64,000 bases of DNA, taken from Planctomycetota bacterium. Its GTDB lineage: Bacteria; Planctomycetota; UBA1135; UBA2386. The notes under the pieces were generated by a model that saw only the letters and a list, made by a program, of their open reading frames with translations, was not told the origin of the DNA and did no database searches. The stretch covers positions 1,120,001-1,184,000 of the forward strand of contig OZ245838.1 of NCBI GenBank assembly GCA_965228735.1, written 5' to 3'. The translations under genes and the position numbers were made by a program. Positions 41,207 through 51,855 of the stretch are shown one piece after another; within the stretch, counting starts at the first letter, position 1, and the number at the start of each line of letters is the position of its first letter.

Positions 41207-42183
41207 GTTCGCCGCCGACGACGCAGCTGGCGGCGGCCGTCGGCGATGCCGCGGCGCGACTCCGTGACCATGTCGAACGCACCCCGCTCGTGACGGCCGA
41301 CTGGCTGTCCGATCGGAGCGGGGCCGAGGTCCGGTTCAAGCTCGAGAACGTGCAGCGCACCGGTTCGTTCAAGGTGCGCGGCGCGACTCACGCGCTGCTG
41401 TGCCTGCCATCCGACCGGCGGGCGCGCGGTGTCGTCGCGGCGTCGTCGGGCAACCACGGCCTCGGACTCGCCGCCGCCGCGCGCCGGCTCGACGTGCCGG
41501 CGCTGGTGTTCGTGCCGGAGACGACACCGGCAGAGAAGCGCGCGGCGATCGCCGACCAGGGCGCCGAGGTGCGGGTGCACGGCGCCGACTGCGTCGACAC
41601 GGAGGCCCATGCACGGCGGTTCGCCGCCACCGACGGGCGACATTACGTCTCGCCCTACAACGACGCCGACGTCATCGCGGGGCAGGGCACGGTCGCGGTC
41701 GAACTGCTCGAGCAGTGGCGTGACGTGCAACGGCTCTACGTCGCGGTCGGCGGCGGGGGGCTGATCAGCGGCATGGCGGCGTGGGCACGCCGGATCGTGC
41801 CCGACATCGAGATCGTCGGCTGTTCGCCCGCCGCATCGCCGGCCATGGCGGAGTGCGTGCGCGTCGGCCGCATCCACGATGTCGAGTGCGGAGAAACCCT
41901 GAGCGACAGCACGGCTGGCGGGGTGGAGGCCGGAGCGATCACGTATCCGCTGTGTCGCGACCTCGTCGATCGGTTCGTCGACGTCGACGAAGACGCGATC
42001 GCGCGCGCACTCATCGCCACGCTCGAGCACCAGCACCTGCTGGTCGAGGGCGCCGCGGCCGTCGCGGTTGCCGGCCTGCTCGCCGATGTCGCGGCCGGCC
42101 GGCCGGCGCGGCGTTCGGCCGTCGTGATCTGCGGCGGCAACCTGCCGCTCGCGACGCTGCGCAGGGTTCTCGGTTCGCACTGA
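41203..42183 (+). CDS. PLP-dependent threonine/serine dehydratase family
   Basis: KLENVQRTGSFKVRGA, ASSGNHG, GQGTV, VGGGGL; probable CTG start after GGAGG. Confidence 0.88.
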   Translation: MSSPPTTQLAAAVGDAAARLRDHVERTPLVTADWLSDRSGAEVRFKLENVQRTGSFKVRGATHALLCLPSDRRARGVVAASSGNHGLGLAAAARRLDVPALVFVPETTPAEKRAAIADQGAEVRVHGADCVDTEAHARRFAATDGRHYVSPYNDADVIAGQGTVAVELLEQWRDVQRLYVAVGGGGLISGMAAWARRIVPDIEIVGCSPAASPAMAECVRVGRIHDVECGETLSDSTAGGVEAGAITYPLCRDLVDRFVDVDEDAIARALIATLEHQHLLVEGAAAVAVAGLLADVAAGRPARRSAVVICGGNLPLATLRRVLGSH

Positions 42184-42276
42184 GCGCGCCGGCAAACGCT
42201 CAAGCGCCGGAGTTCCCCGGACCGATAGTCCCCTTGGCATGGCTACAGCCACTGCCGCGGCGTGCGAGGCCGCTAC

Positions 42277-43578
42277 ATGGAGATCGAAGTCCAGGAACGA
42301 GAGGGAGCGGCGTTCGTCGCGTTGGTGCTGTGTGGCGGTCTCGGCACGCGGCTGCGGCCGACGATCAGCGACCGGCCGAAGCCCCTCGCGCCGGTGGCCG
42401 ACGAACCGTTCCTCGTCCACGTCCTCGACCAGCTCGTCGCCGCCGGTTGCGCGCGCGCGATCCTGTGCACGGGGCACCTCGGGGACCAGATCGAGGCCGC
42501 GTTCGGCACGGATCACGACGGCATGGTGCTCACGTATTCGCGCGAGCCCGAACCGCTGGGGACGGCCGGAGCACTCGCGCTCGCGCGATCCCACCTCGAC
42601 GGCGAGGGGGCCGTCGTGATGAACGGCGACTCGTTCGTCGACGTCGACCTGCGGCAGTTCGTCGCGTTCGCGCGCCGCGCCGAGAGCTGCGCCGCCATCG
42701 TCACGACGACCGTCGGTCCCGAGGGCGCGACGCGCTACGGAGCGGTGAAGGTCGACGGCGCGGGCCTCGTCACGCGCTTCTGCGAGAAGGGCGCCGAACA
42801 AGGCGCCCGACCGGGCGACGGCCCAGTGCGGATCAACGCCGGCATCTACTGGTTCGGTGCGGACGTCCTGAGAGCGATCCCGTCCAGCGGCCCCGTGTCC
42901 CTCGAACGCGAGGTCCTGCCGCCACTCGCGGCCGGTGACGACCTCGCGGCGTTCACGACGGCGGCGGCATTCCTCGACATCGGTGTGCCGTCGGACTACG
43001 CCCGCGCCCCGGCGTTCTTCCAGGCGCTCGAGATCGGGCGGCAACGACCGCGACGCGGTCTGCTCGTGGTAGACCGCGACGGCACACTGATCGAGGAGAA
43101 GCACTACCTCGCCGACCCGGCGGGGGTCGCGATCCTGCCGGGCGTCGTGGAGGGGCTGCGGTCGTTCTGCGCGCAGGGCTACGACGTCGCGATCGTGACC
43201 AACCAGTCCGGCATCGGCCGCGGCTACTTCGACGCCGCGGCCGCCGACGCCGTGAACGCGGAGGTGCTGCGCCGCCTCGACGAGGCCGGCATCCCGATCC
43301 GTGGCGTCTACGTGTGTCCGCACGCGCCCGATGCCGGCTGCGACTGCCGCAAGCCTGCTCCGGGGTTGGCGACCCGCGCCCTCACGGACCTCGGCTATTC
43401 ACCCGACGACTGCCTCGTCGTCGGCGACAAGCGGTGCGACATCGACCTCGGCGCCCGTCTCGGAACGCGCACGGCTCTCGTGCGGACCGGCTACGGCACC
43501 GCCACGGAGCGCGATGCGATGTGTGCGCCGGATGTGGTCGTCGACGGGCTCGTCGAACTCGCGGAGTGGGCGCGATGA
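42277..43578 (+). CDS. Fusion of heptose-1-phosphate nucleotidyltransferase (HddC-like) and heptose-1,7-bisphosphate phosphatase (GmhB)
   Basis: GGLGTRL..PKPL, EPLGTAGA, SLERE; DRDGTL, TNQSGIGRG, CPH..CDCRKP, GDK. Confidence 0.88.
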   Translation: MEIEVQEREGAAFVALVLCGGLGTRLRPTISDRPKPLAPVADEPFLVHVLDQLVAAGCARAILCTGHLGDQIEAAFGTDHDGMVLTYSREPEPLGTAGALALARSHLDGEGAVVMNGDSFVDVDLRQFVAFARRAESCAAIVTTTVGPEGATRYGAVKVDGAGLVTRFCEKGAEQGARPGDGPVRINAGIYWFGADVLRAIPSSGPVSLEREVLPPLAAGDDLAAFTTAAAFLDIGVPSDYARAPAFFQALEIGRQRPRRGLLVVDRDGTLIEEKHYLADPAGVAILPGVVEGLRSFCAQGYDVAIVTNQSGIGRGYFDAAAADAVNAEVLRRLDEAGIPIRGVYVCPHAPDAGCDCRKPAPGLATRALTDLGYSPDDCLVVGDKRCDIDLGARLGTRTALVRTGYGTATERDAMCAPDVVVDGLVELAEWAR

Positions 43579-44771
43579 TCGTCAGCCGCACCCCGTTCCG
43601 CGTGTCCTTCTTCGGTGGCGGCACCGACTATCCGGGCTGGTATCGCCAACACGGTGGCGCGGTCATCTCGACGACGATCGACAAGTACTGCTACCTGAGC
43701 TGCCGCTACCTGCCGCCGTTCTTCGACTATCGCTACCGCGTCGTCTGGTCCAAGGTCGAGAACTGCCGCACGGTGCAGGAGATCGAGCACCCCGTCGTGC
43801 GTTGCCTGATCCAGCACCTGCGGATCGATCGCGGGATCGAGGTGCACCACGTCGGCGACCTGCCGGCGCGCAGCGGCATGGGGTCGAGCTCGGCGTTCAC
43901 CGTCGGACTGCTGCACGCGTTGCATGCGCTGCAGGGTCGGATGGTGAGCAAGCCCGAGCTGATGAACGAGGCGATCCACATCGAGCAGGACCTCCTGCAG
44001 GAAGTGGTCGGTTCGCAGGATCAGGCGTCGGCCGCGTGGGGCGGCTTCAACAAGATCGCCTTCGACCCGAGCGGGCAGATCCAGGTGCATCCGATCGTGC
44101 TGCGGCCCGGCCGTCAGGAAGAGCTCGACGGCAACCTCATGCTGTTCTACACGGGCATCGTGCGGACCGCGGCCAAGGTCGCGTCCGGCTACGTCGGCGA
44201 GCTGTCGCAGCGTCGCCGACAGCTGCGCGTGTTGCGGGATCTCGTCGACGAGGGGATCGATTTGCTCGCCTCGGATGGGGCGATCGATGACTTCGGCGTG
44301 CTGCTCGACGAGGCGTGGCAACTCAAGCGCAGCCTTGGCGACGGCGTGAGCAACTCCGAGGTCGACACGATCTACGCCCGGGCCCGCGAGGCCGGCGCGA
44401 TCGGCGGCAAGGTGCTGGGAGCGGGCGGCGGCGGCTTCCTGCTGCTGTACGTGCCCACGAGCCGGCAGAACGAGGTGCTCACGGCGTTCCCCGACCTCGT
44501 GCACGTGCCGTTCTCGTTCGAGTCGTCGGGGAGCCAGGTGATCTTCTACGACCGGGAACAGGACTTCTCGATGGCCGAGGCCGCCCACCGTGGCCGCCTC
44601 ATCCGCCCGTTCCGCGAGCTCGGGGCCGAATCGGAACCGACAGCCGCGACCCCTCCCGGACCCGGTCCAGATCACACCGCGGCCACGGGGACCTGGCCGA
44701 TTCCGTATCCGATCGCAGCCCCCGCGCTCGATCCCGCAGGCAGGAGCAAGACCGATGGCAAGCTCGATTGA
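43575..44771 (+). CDS. hddA: GHMP kinase, D-glycero-D-manno-heptose-7-phosphate kinase-like
   Basis: RTPFRVSFFGGGTD, GMGSSSA, GSQDQ, GGKVLGAGGGGF. Confidence 0.82.
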   Translation: MIVSRTPFRVSFFGGGTDYPGWYRQHGGAVISTTIDKYCYLSCRYLPPFFDYRYRVVWSKVENCRTVQEIEHPVVRCLIQHLRIDRGIEVHHVGDLPARSGMGSSSAFTVGLLHALHALQGRMVSKPELMNEAIHIEQDLLQEVVGSQDQASAAWGGFNKIAFDPSGQIQVHPIVLRPGRQEELDGNLMLFYTGIVRTAAKVASGYVGELSQRRRQLRVLRDLVDEGIDLLASDGAIDDFGVLLDEAWQLKRSLGDGVSNSEVDTIYARAREAGAIGGKVLGAGGGGFLLLYVPTSRQNEVLTAFPDLVHVPFSFESSGSQVIFYDREQDFSMAEAAHRGRLIRPFRELGAESEPTAATPPGPGPDHTAATGTWPIPYPIAAPALDPAGRSKTDGKLD

Positions 44772-45738
44772 TCCCGAACGCCCCTCCACGATCAAGCGCG
44801 AGGACGCGCGGTGGATGCTCCAGCGGATGCGGCTCGTCCGCCAGGTCAGCGAGCGCATCGCGGCGCTCTATCCGACGGACGTGATGGAGACGCCGGTGCA
44901 TCTCTGCATCGGTCAGGAAGCCGTGTCCGTCGGGCTCTGCCGCCATCTCCGTGATGCCGACAAGCTCTTCCTCGGCCATCGCACGCACGGTCCGGCGCTC
45001 GCGAAGGGCCTGCCGCTGCGCCGGCTCATGGCGGAGCTCTACGGCCGCACGACGGGCTGCTCGCACGGCTTCGGCGGCTCGATGCACCTGATCGACCTCG
45101 AGCACGGTTTGCCCGGCTCGTCCGCGATCGTCGGCGGCAGCATCGCGCTCGGCGTCGGCGCCGGCCTCGCCGCGAGCCTCATGGCCCAGCGGAGCGGCGC
45201 GACCACACCCGACTTCATCGGCGTCTCCTACTTCGGCGACGCGGCCACGAACGCGGGCGTGTTCTACGAGAGTCTCAACTTCGCGGCGCTGCGGCGCCTG
45301 CCGGTCGTTTTCCTCTGCGAGGACAACGGCTACTCGAACGTGATGCCGAAGAGCGCGCATTCGGCGCACGACATCGTGAGCCTGGCGGCCCAGTTCATGC
45401 CGAGCTTGCGGGCGGACGGCACCGACGTGCTGTCCGTCTACGACCAGGCCGGTGAGGCCGTGGCGCGGGCGCGCAGCGGTGCCGGCCCAGTTTTTCTGCA
45501 CTGCGAGACCAAGCGCTGGATGAAGCACCAGGGCCACGAGGCGTGTGACGTGCGCGAGGACATCGATCGCGATCGTGATTGCCCGATCCGAAAGCTCGAG
45601 GGGTTCATGCTCTCGAGCGGAATGGCGACGGCGGGCGAGCTCGCCGCGATTCGCGGCGAGATCGAGTCCGAGATCGACGTCGCGATCGAGTTCGCCGAGA
45701 GCTCGCCCCGCCCCGACCCTGCGATCCTGGAGGTCTGA
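44755..45738 (+). CDS. TPP-dependent dehydrogenase E1 alpha-like subunit
   Basis: HLCIGQEA, GGSMH, FGDAA...ESLNFA, EDN. Confidence 0.88.
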   Translation: MASSIDPERPSTIKREDARWMLQRMRLVRQVSERIAALYPTDVMETPVHLCIGQEAVSVGLCRHLRDADKLFLGHRTHGPALAKGLPLRRLMAELYGRTTGCSHGFGGSMHLIDLEHGLPGSSAIVGGSIALGVGAGLAASLMAQRSGATTPDFIGVSYFGDAATNAGVFYESLNFAALRRLPVVFLCEDNGYSNVMPKSAHSAHDIVSLAAQFMPSLRADGTDVLSVYDQAGEAVARARSGAGPVFLHCETKRWMKHQGHEACDVREDIDRDRDCPIRKLEGFMLSSGMATAGELAAIRGEIESEIDVAIEFAESSPRPDPAILEV

Positions 45739-45739
45739 G

Positions 45740-46801
45740 ATGCCCTGGAGCCGATTCGACCGTGACTACGCCGCCCCGTCCGGGGGTGAGCGCGAGCTGA
45801 GCTACTGCGCGGCGCTGCGCGAGGCGATCGATCAGGCGATGACGATCGATCCGCGCGTGTTCGCGATCGGGCTGGACGCCGACGACAAGTTCGGCGTCTT
45901 CGGCTCGATGCACGACCTGACGCATCCCGAACGCGTGCTCGGCACGCCGATCTCGGAGAACGCCATGACGGGGGTCGCCCTCGGCGCGGCGCTCAGCGGT
46001 CTGCGACCGATCCACGTGCACCTGCGGAACGACTTCCTCATGGTCGCGATGGATCAGATCGTGAACTACGTCGCGAAGTGGCAGGACATGTTCGACCACC
46101 AGGTCGACGTCCCGCTCGTGATCCGATCCGTCGTGGGTCGCGGCTGGGGCTGCGGCGCCCAGCACTCGCAGACGCTGCACGGCATGTTCGCGCAGATCCC
46201 CGGGCTCAAGGTCATCACGCCCAGCACGCCGTACGACGCCAAGGGCCTCATGCTGTCCGCGGTCAAGGACGACTCGCCCGTGCTCTTCTTCGAGCATCGC
46301 TGGCTCTACAAGAACACCGGCGCCGTGCCCGCGGAGGCCTACACGCTGCCGATCGGCAAGGCCGCGCACCTGCGCCGTGGCAACTCGCTGACGGTAGTCG
46401 CGCCGTCGCTCGCGGCGATCCACGTCCTCAAGGCGTGTGAGCTCGGCGGCCTCGACGTCGACGTCATCGACCCGCGCACGATCAAGCCGCTCGATCTCGA
46501 GACCATCGTCGAGTCCGTCGAGCGCACGGGCCGCCTCATGGTGGTGGACTACGACTTCCCGTTCGCGGGCTTCGCCGCCGAGGTCTGCGCGGCCGTGACG
46601 GAACGCGCGTTCGACTCGCTCCGGCAACCGCCGCAGCGGATCGCGTTCCCCGACCGCGGGATGCCGTCCAGTGGCGTCCTCGAGCGCCGCTACTACCCGA
46701 CCCCCGAACGCATCGCCGATGCGATCACGGCCATGCTGCAGGGCGACAACTCGGACGCCACGATCGCTGCCGACGACCTGACGCCCGCCGGCCGTTCCTG
46801 A
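45740..46801 (+). CDS. TPP-dependent dehydrogenase E1 beta/transketolase C-terminal-like subunit
   Basis: TPISEN, GRGWG.GAQHSQ, DAKGL, DPRTIKPLD. Confidence 0.88.
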   Translation: MPWSRFDRDYAAPSGGERELSYCAALREAIDQAMTIDPRVFAIGLDADDKFGVFGSMHDLTHPERVLGTPISENAMTGVALGAALSGLRPIHVHLRNDFLMVAMDQIVNYVAKWQDMFDHQVDVPLVIRSVVGRGWGCGAQHSQTLHGMFAQIPGLKVITPSTPYDAKGLMLSAVKDDSPVLFFEHRWLYKNTGAVPAEAYTLPIGKAAHLRRGNSLTVVAPSLAAIHVLKACELGGLDVDVIDPRTIKPLDLETIVESVERTGRLMVVDYDFPFAGFAAEVCAAVTERAFDSLRQPPQRIAFPDRGMPSSGVLERRYYPTPERIADAITAMLQGDNSDATIAADDLTPAGRS

Positions 46802-46823
46802 GTCTCGACGTTCCCGACGCACG

Positions 46824-48362
46824 ATGAGCAAGCCCGCCCTCGATGTCCTGTTCGTGAATCCCGGCGGCCAGCGTCGGATCTACCAGAACCTGAGCCAGAA
46901 CCTCGCGGCGAAGGAACCGCCGATCTGGGCCGGGCTGCTGGCGACGTACCTGCGCCAGAAGGAGCGCACGGTCGCGATCCTCGACGCCAACGCGCTCGAT
47001 CTGTCGCCCGAGGAGGTCGCCGAGCGGGTTGCCGAGCTGCAGCCCCTGCTCACCGTCGTCGTCGTCTACGGCCACAACCCCAACGCGTCGACGTTCGCGA
47101 TGCCGGGCGCAGGCGCGGTCTGCACGGCGATCAAGCAGCACGATCCCACGGCCCAGGTCGCGCTGCTCGGCGGCCACGTCGCGGCGTTGCCGAGCCGCAC
47201 GCTCGCGGAGGAGGCCGTCGACTTCGTCGTCGGCGGCGAGGGCGCGGTCACACTGGACCAGCTCGTCGGTGCCCTGCGCGGCAACCAGAGCCGCCCCGAG
47301 CTGCACAAGGTCAAGGGGCTGTGGTGGCACCACGAGAGCGCCCAGGTGCAGAACGCGCCGGCACCGCTCGTCCGCGACCTCGCGACCGAGATGTCGGGCA
47401 TGGCGTGGGACCTGCTCGACATGACGCGGTATCGCGCCCACAACTGGCACTGCTTCGGGCGCGAGAACCGCGAACCGTACGCCGCGCTCTACACGACGCT
47501 CGGGTGTCCGTTCACCTGCACGTTCTGCTGCATCCAGGCGCCGTTCAAGTCGGGGGAGGCCGCGGCCGGCTTCGACCCGAAGCAGAACAGCTATCGCCGA
47601 TTCGATCCCGACCACGTCGTCGAGCAGATCACGATGCTCTGGCGCGATCACGGCGTGCAGAACATCAAGATCGCCGACGAGCTCTTCCTGCTCGATCGCA
47701 AGCACGTGACGCGCGTCTGCGAGGGGCTCGCTGCCCTGAACAAGGACTGCGACGCGGATCTCAACATCTGGGCCTACGCGCGGGTCGACACCTGCCGCGA
47801 CGGGGAGCTGCTCGAGCTGATGCGCGCCGCCGGCGTCCGCTGGCTCGCGATCGGCATCGAGTCGGCAAATGAACGCGTTCGCGCGGACGTCGACAAGGGC
47901 TACCGACCCGAGGCCATCGAGCGCGCGATCGGCCTCGTGCGCGCGGCCGGCATCCACGTGATGGGGAACTACATCTTCGGGCTGCCCGAGGACGACCTCG
48001 AGTCGATGCAACAGACGCTCGACTTCAGCAAGTCGCTGAACACCGAGTTCGCGAACTTCTTCTCGGCGATGGCGTACCCGGGCTCGCAGCTCTACCGCGA
48101 AGCGACCGAGAAGAACTGGCCGCTGCCGGACTCGTGGGCCGGCTACTCCCAGCACAGCAAGTCCTGCCTGCCCCTGCCGACCCGGCACCTGTCGGGCGGC
48201 GAGGTGCTCGCGTTCCGCGACCGGGCGTTCGTCGACTACTTCGACCGCGATGAGTATCGCGCGATGGTGCGGGCGACGTTCGACCCAAGGGCCGAGGCCG
48301 CGATCGACGCGATGCTCGGCCACAGCCTCGAGCGCGACCACGGCGCGACCCAGAAGGTGTGA
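46824..48362 (+). CDS. B12-binding radical SAM enzyme (class B methyltransferase-like)
   Basis: N-terminal B12-binding domain (GGH, GEG); CPFTCTFC; IGIES; YPGS. Confidence 0.9.
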   Translation: MSKPALDVLFVNPGGQRRIYQNLSQNLAAKEPPIWAGLLATYLRQKERTVAILDANALDLSPEEVAERVAELQPLLTVVVVYGHNPNASTFAMPGAGAVCTAIKQHDPTAQVALLGGHVAALPSRTLAEEAVDFVVGGEGAVTLDQLVGALRGNQSRPELHKVKGLWWHHESAQVQNAPAPLVRDLATEMSGMAWDLLDMTRYRAHNWHCFGRENREPYAALYTTLGCPFTCTFCCIQAPFKSGEAAAGFDPKQNSYRRFDPDHVVEQITMLWRDHGVQNIKIADELFLLDRKHVTRVCEGLAALNKDCDADLNIWAYARVDTCRDGELLELMRAAGVRWLAIGIESANERVRADVDKGYRPEAIERAIGLVRAAGIHVMGNYIFGLPEDDLESMQQTLDFSKSLNTEFANFFSAMAYPGSQLYREATEKNWPLPDSWAGYSQHSKSCLPLPTRHLSGGEVLAFRDRAFVDYFDRDEYRAMVRATFDPRAEAAIDAMLGHSLERDHGATQKV

Positions 48363-48365
48363 GGC

Positions 48366-49745
48366 GTGGGGGAGGCCGCGCGAACGGTCCTGCTCGTCAT
48401 GTACGGGTGGGACGACAGCGGCGGCGGCACGATGCTGCCGCGCGCCTTCGCGCACGAACTCGCGCAGCAGGGTGATCGGGTCATCGTGTTCTCCGCGGCG
48501 GCGCGACGTTCGGCCGAGCTGCCGGACTACGGGACGCGCGTCACCGACGTCGACGGCGTGCTGCACATCGCGCTGCACAATCGCCGAGCCGACTTCATGG
48601 CCACGGCAGCGCCGCTCGACGACATCGACGACCCCGGGGCGCGGAGCGCCTTCGCGGCCGTGCTCGACGACCACCGCCCCGACGTCGTGCACTTCTGGAA
48701 CCTGCACGGCCTCTCGATGGCGCTGCCCGCCGAGTGCAAGACGCGTTCGATCCCGACCGTTCTCAGCACGAACAACTACTGGTCGATCTGTCCGCGCCTC
48801 TACCTCGTGAGCGAACGGCTCGAGCGCTGCGACGGCCCGAGCGCGTGCGGGACGCGATGTCGCACCTGCCTCGGCGAGGTCGCCCCGGCCGCCGAGTACG
48901 GCGATCGGCGGGCGGCCGGCGTCCGGATGCTGCGGTCGGGGATCGATCTCCACCTCGCCGTCTCACGCCGGGTCCGCGACCTGCACGTGCAGAACGGCGA
49001 CGACCCCGACCACGTTCGCGTGCTAGCTCAGGAGCCGCCGAACGTGACCGCGATCTGGGAACGCACGGGTTCGACCCGTGCCCTGGGCTGCCCGAGCGGT
49101 CGGCCGCTGCGCGTCGGCTTCATCGGCTCGGTGATGCCGCACAAGGGCGTGCACGTGCTCGCCGCGGCGCTCCAGCGGCTGCCCGTCGGCGCCGTGGAGG
49201 CCGTCGCGCTCGGCGACGTCACCGCGGATTACCTGCAGGTGCTGCAGGGCATCGATCCGGCGGGGCGACTCCAGCTCACCGGCCGGTACGACGCGGCCCG
49301 GTTGCCCGAGCTGCTCGCGGCGCTCGACGTCGTCGTCGTGCCGTCGGTCTGGGACGACTGCGCGCCGTTCGTCGTCGCGGAAGCGCTCGCGGCGCGCTGC
49401 CCGGTGGTGGGAGCGCGGATCGGCGGCATTCCGGACTTCGTCACCGACGGCGAGAACGGGCTGCTCTGCGCTCCGGGTGACGCGGAGGGCCTCGCGCGCG
49501 CCCTCACGCGGCTCGTCGAAGACCGCGAACTGCTGCCGCAGCTGCAGCTCGGGATCGCGCCCCCGCGCGGACTCGCGCGCTTCACGGCCGACGTGCGCGA
49601 GTGTTACGCCGAGCTGACCGGCACCGGCCGGCGGGCCGCCGGCAGCAGCGCCAGCGCGGCGAGCGCCACGGCGATGGCCGAGGCCAGCAGCGTGAGTTCG
49701 AGTCCATGCGAGGAGCCGGGACCCGCGCCCCTGCCCTGCTCGTAG
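48366..49745 (+). CDS. Glycosyltransferase family 4
   Basis: PDVVH, YWSICPR, KGVHVL, VVVPSVW, EALA..PVV, GGIPD; C-terminal tail overlaps arsJ. Confidence 0.85.
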   Translation: MGEAARTVLLVMYGWDDSGGGTMLPRAFAHELAQQGDRVIVFSAAARRSAELPDYGTRVTDVDGVLHIALHNRRADFMATAAPLDDIDDPGARSAFAAVLDDHRPDVVHFWNLHGLSMALPAECKTRSIPTVLSTNNYWSICPRLYLVSERLERCDGPSACGTRCRTCLGEVAPAAEYGDRRAAGVRMLRSGIDLHLAVSRRVRDLHVQNGDDPDHVRVLAQEPPNVTAIWERTGSTRALGCPSGRPLRVGFIGSVMPHKGVHVLAAALQRLPVGAVEAVALGDVTADYLQVLQGIDPAGRLQLTGRYDAARLPELLAALDVVVVPSVWDDCAPFVVAEALAARCPVVGARIGGIPDFVTDGENGLLCAPGDAEGLARALTRLVEDRELLPQLQLGIAPPRGLARFTADVRECYAELTGTGRRAAGSSASAASATAMAEASSVSSSPCEEPGPAPLPCS

Positions 49746-50824
49746 AGGTACCCCGACAGCAGCAGTCCGGCGAGCCGGCCACCCGCGTTCGCGGCGTAGT
49801 AGAACCCGACCCGTTCGACGACGGTGTCGGCGCCGGCGAGCGCCACCACGAGCCAGCTGTGCAAACTGCTCGTCAGCGCGAAGAGCGCGCCGTAGATCAG
49901 CAACCCGGCGAGCGTGACGGCGCGCGGCAGATCGAAGTGCAGGCCGGCCCACGTCCACCCGAGCGGCAGCAGCAGGGCCACGGTCACGATCACCGTCCGC
50001 CGCAGCCCGACGTCCGTCCGGTCCGTGCGCACCAGCCGCGGCGCGAGCGCCTGCACGAGCCCGTAGCCGATGACCCAGAGCGCGAGGAACGCGCCGACCC
50101 ACGTCGAGGTCCAGCTCCACGACGAGACCAGGAAGAGCGGCAACGCGACGGCGAACCACGCGTCGCGCGAACCGAACAGGAAGAGCCGGGCGGCGGCGAG
50201 CCAGTTCACCGCGGCGTCGTGCGCGAACACCCCACGGAACGTCGCGCCGCGCTTGCCCGGAGCGCGCGGCAGCAGGATCGCCGACAGCAGCAGCGCCAGC
50301 GCCAGGCCCGCCGCGAGCGCCGCGTTGGTGTAGCGGAAGCCGGCGGCCGCGAGCAGCGCACCGCCGACGAAGAACCCCAGGCCCTTCAGCGTGTTCTTGC
50401 TCCCCGTCATCAGCGCGACGAGCCGGAACAGCGGCCCCGACTCCGCGGCCGGCGCGAGCGCGCGCACGTAGCTCTTCGCCGCGGTCTTGGCGAAGTCCTT
50501 GGCGACCCCGGACAGCACCTGCGTCACCATGACCCAGCCGAGGGTCAGCATCGCGGCGTCGACCGTGAGCATGAGGCATGCGACGACCTGCAACAGCAGA
50601 CCCAGCAGCAGGATCGGTTTGAGCCCGAAGCGCGCGCCGGCCCAGCCGCCGACGAGATTCGTGACGATCCCCGCGACCTCGTAGGGCACGAGCAGCAGCG
50701 CGAGCGCCCATGCCGTCTGGCCCTGCGCGTGCAGGTGCAGCAGCACGAGCATGCGCAACGCGCCGTCGCTGAGCGTGAACGCCCAGTAGCTCGCGGTGAC
50801 GACGAGGAAGCCGGGGGTCTGCAC
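49604..50824 (-). CDS. arsJ: Organoarsenical efflux MFS transporter ArsJ
   Basis: YWAFTLSDGALRMLVL, TGSKNTLKG, FLFGSRD.WF, VGFYY.ANAGGRL; adjacent to GAPDH. Confidence 0.92.
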   Translation of the reverse strand: MQTPGFLVVTASYWAFTLSDGALRMLVLLHLHAQGQTAWALALLLVPYEVAGIVTNLVGGWAGARFGLKPILLLGLLLQVVACLMLTVDAAMLTLGWVMVTQVLSGVAKDFAKTAAKSYVRALAPAAESGPLFRLVALMTGSKNTLKGLGFFVGGALLAAAGFRYTNAALAAGLALALLLSAILLPRAPGKRGATFRGVFAHDAAVNWLAAARLFLFGSRDAWFAVALPLFLVSSWSWTSTWVGAFLALWVIGYGLVQALAPRLVRTDRTDVGLRRTVIVTVALLLPLGWTWAGLHFDLPRAVTLAGLLIYGALFALTSSLHSWLVVALAGADTVVERVGFYYAANAGGRLAGLLLSGYLYEQGRGAGPGSSHGLELTLLASAIAVALAALALLPAARRPVPVSSA

Positions 50825-50836
50825 GAGCGCGGCCTG

Positions 50837-51838
50837 CTACCCGCCGGTCATCCGTTGCGCCAGATCGACGAGACGGTTGGCGTAGCCCCATTCGTTGTCG
50901 TACCAGGCGAGGACCTTCACGAGCGTGCCGTCGACGACCCGGGTCGAACCCGCGTCCACGATGCCGCTGCGCGGGTCGCCGACGAAGTCCGAACTGACGA
51001 GCGGGCGCTCCTCGTAGCCCAGGATGCCGAACAGCGGCCCCGCTTCGGCCGCGGCAGCGAGCGCCGCGTTCACCTCGTCGACCGTAGTGGGACGAGCCAT
51101 CGCGAACGCGCAGTCCGTGATCGACGCGTTCAGCACCGGCGCGCGCACCGCGATGCTGTCGAGTCGCCCTTTCAGTTCCGGGATGATCATCGTGACCGCG
51201 GTCGCGGAGTTGGTCGACGTCGGGATCAGGTTGACGAGCGCCGACCGCCCGCGGCGCGGGTCCTTGTCGGCGCGGTCCGTCACCGTCTGCGTGTTGGTCG
51301 GATCGTGGATCGTCGTGACGACGCCACGTTCGATCCCGATCGCGTCGTGCAGCACGCGGACGACGGGGGCCAGGCAGTTCGTCGTGCACGAGGCCGCCGT
51401 GACGAGCCGTTCGTTGCCGAGGTCGAACGTGTCGTGGTTGACGCCGTAGACGATGTTGGGCGCATCGTCGATCGCGTGGCTGGCGAGCACGCGGCGCGCG
51501 CCGGCAGTGAAGTGGAGTTCGGCCCGCGTCTTGTCGCGCTTGACCCGGCCGCTGCACTCGACGACGAGGTCGACCTCGCGCTCGCGCCACGGCAGCGCGT
51601 CCCAGTCGGTGGTCTGGGTCACCGTCACGGTCCGGTCACCGATCCGCAGGTCCGCGTCACCGGCCTCGACCGCCCGGCTCCAGCGGCCCTGCACGGAATC
51701 GAACTCGAGCCCGAGCGCGAGGTTCTCGACCGTGCCCGCCGGCTCGTTGAGCGCAACGACGTCGAGGCCGCGGTCGATGGCGGCGCGGCAGAAGAGACGG
51801 CCCATGCGGCCGAACCCGTTGATCGCGATGCGAGTCAC
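50837..51838 (-). CDS. gap: ArsJ-associated glyceraldehyde-3-phosphate dehydrogenase
   Basis: INGFGRMGR, AASCTTNCLAP, TTIHD.TNTQ, WYDNEWGYANR. Confidence 0.93.
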   Translation of the reverse strand: MTRIAINGFGRMGRLFCRAAIDRGLDVVALNEPAGTVENLALGLEFDSVQGRWSRAVEAGDADLRIGDRTVTVTQTTDWDALPWREREVDLVVECSGRVKRDKTRAELHFTAGARRVLASHAIDDAPNIVYGVNHDTFDLGNERLVTAASCTTNCLAPVVRVLHDAIGIERGVVTTIHDPTNTQTVTDRADKDPRRGRSALVNLIPTSTNSATAVTMIIPELKGRLDSIAVRAPVLNASITDCAFAMARPTTVDEVNAALAAAAEAGPLFGILGYEERPLVSSDFVGDPRSGIVDAGSTRVVDGTLVKVLAWYDNEWGYANRLVDLAQRMTGG

Positions 51839-51855
51839 GGCGGTAGTATCTGGCG

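Noticed and set aside
44755..46801. Housekeeping pyruvate dehydrogenase pdhAB
   Set aside because: No E2/E3 nearby and embedded in a nucleotide-sugar operon
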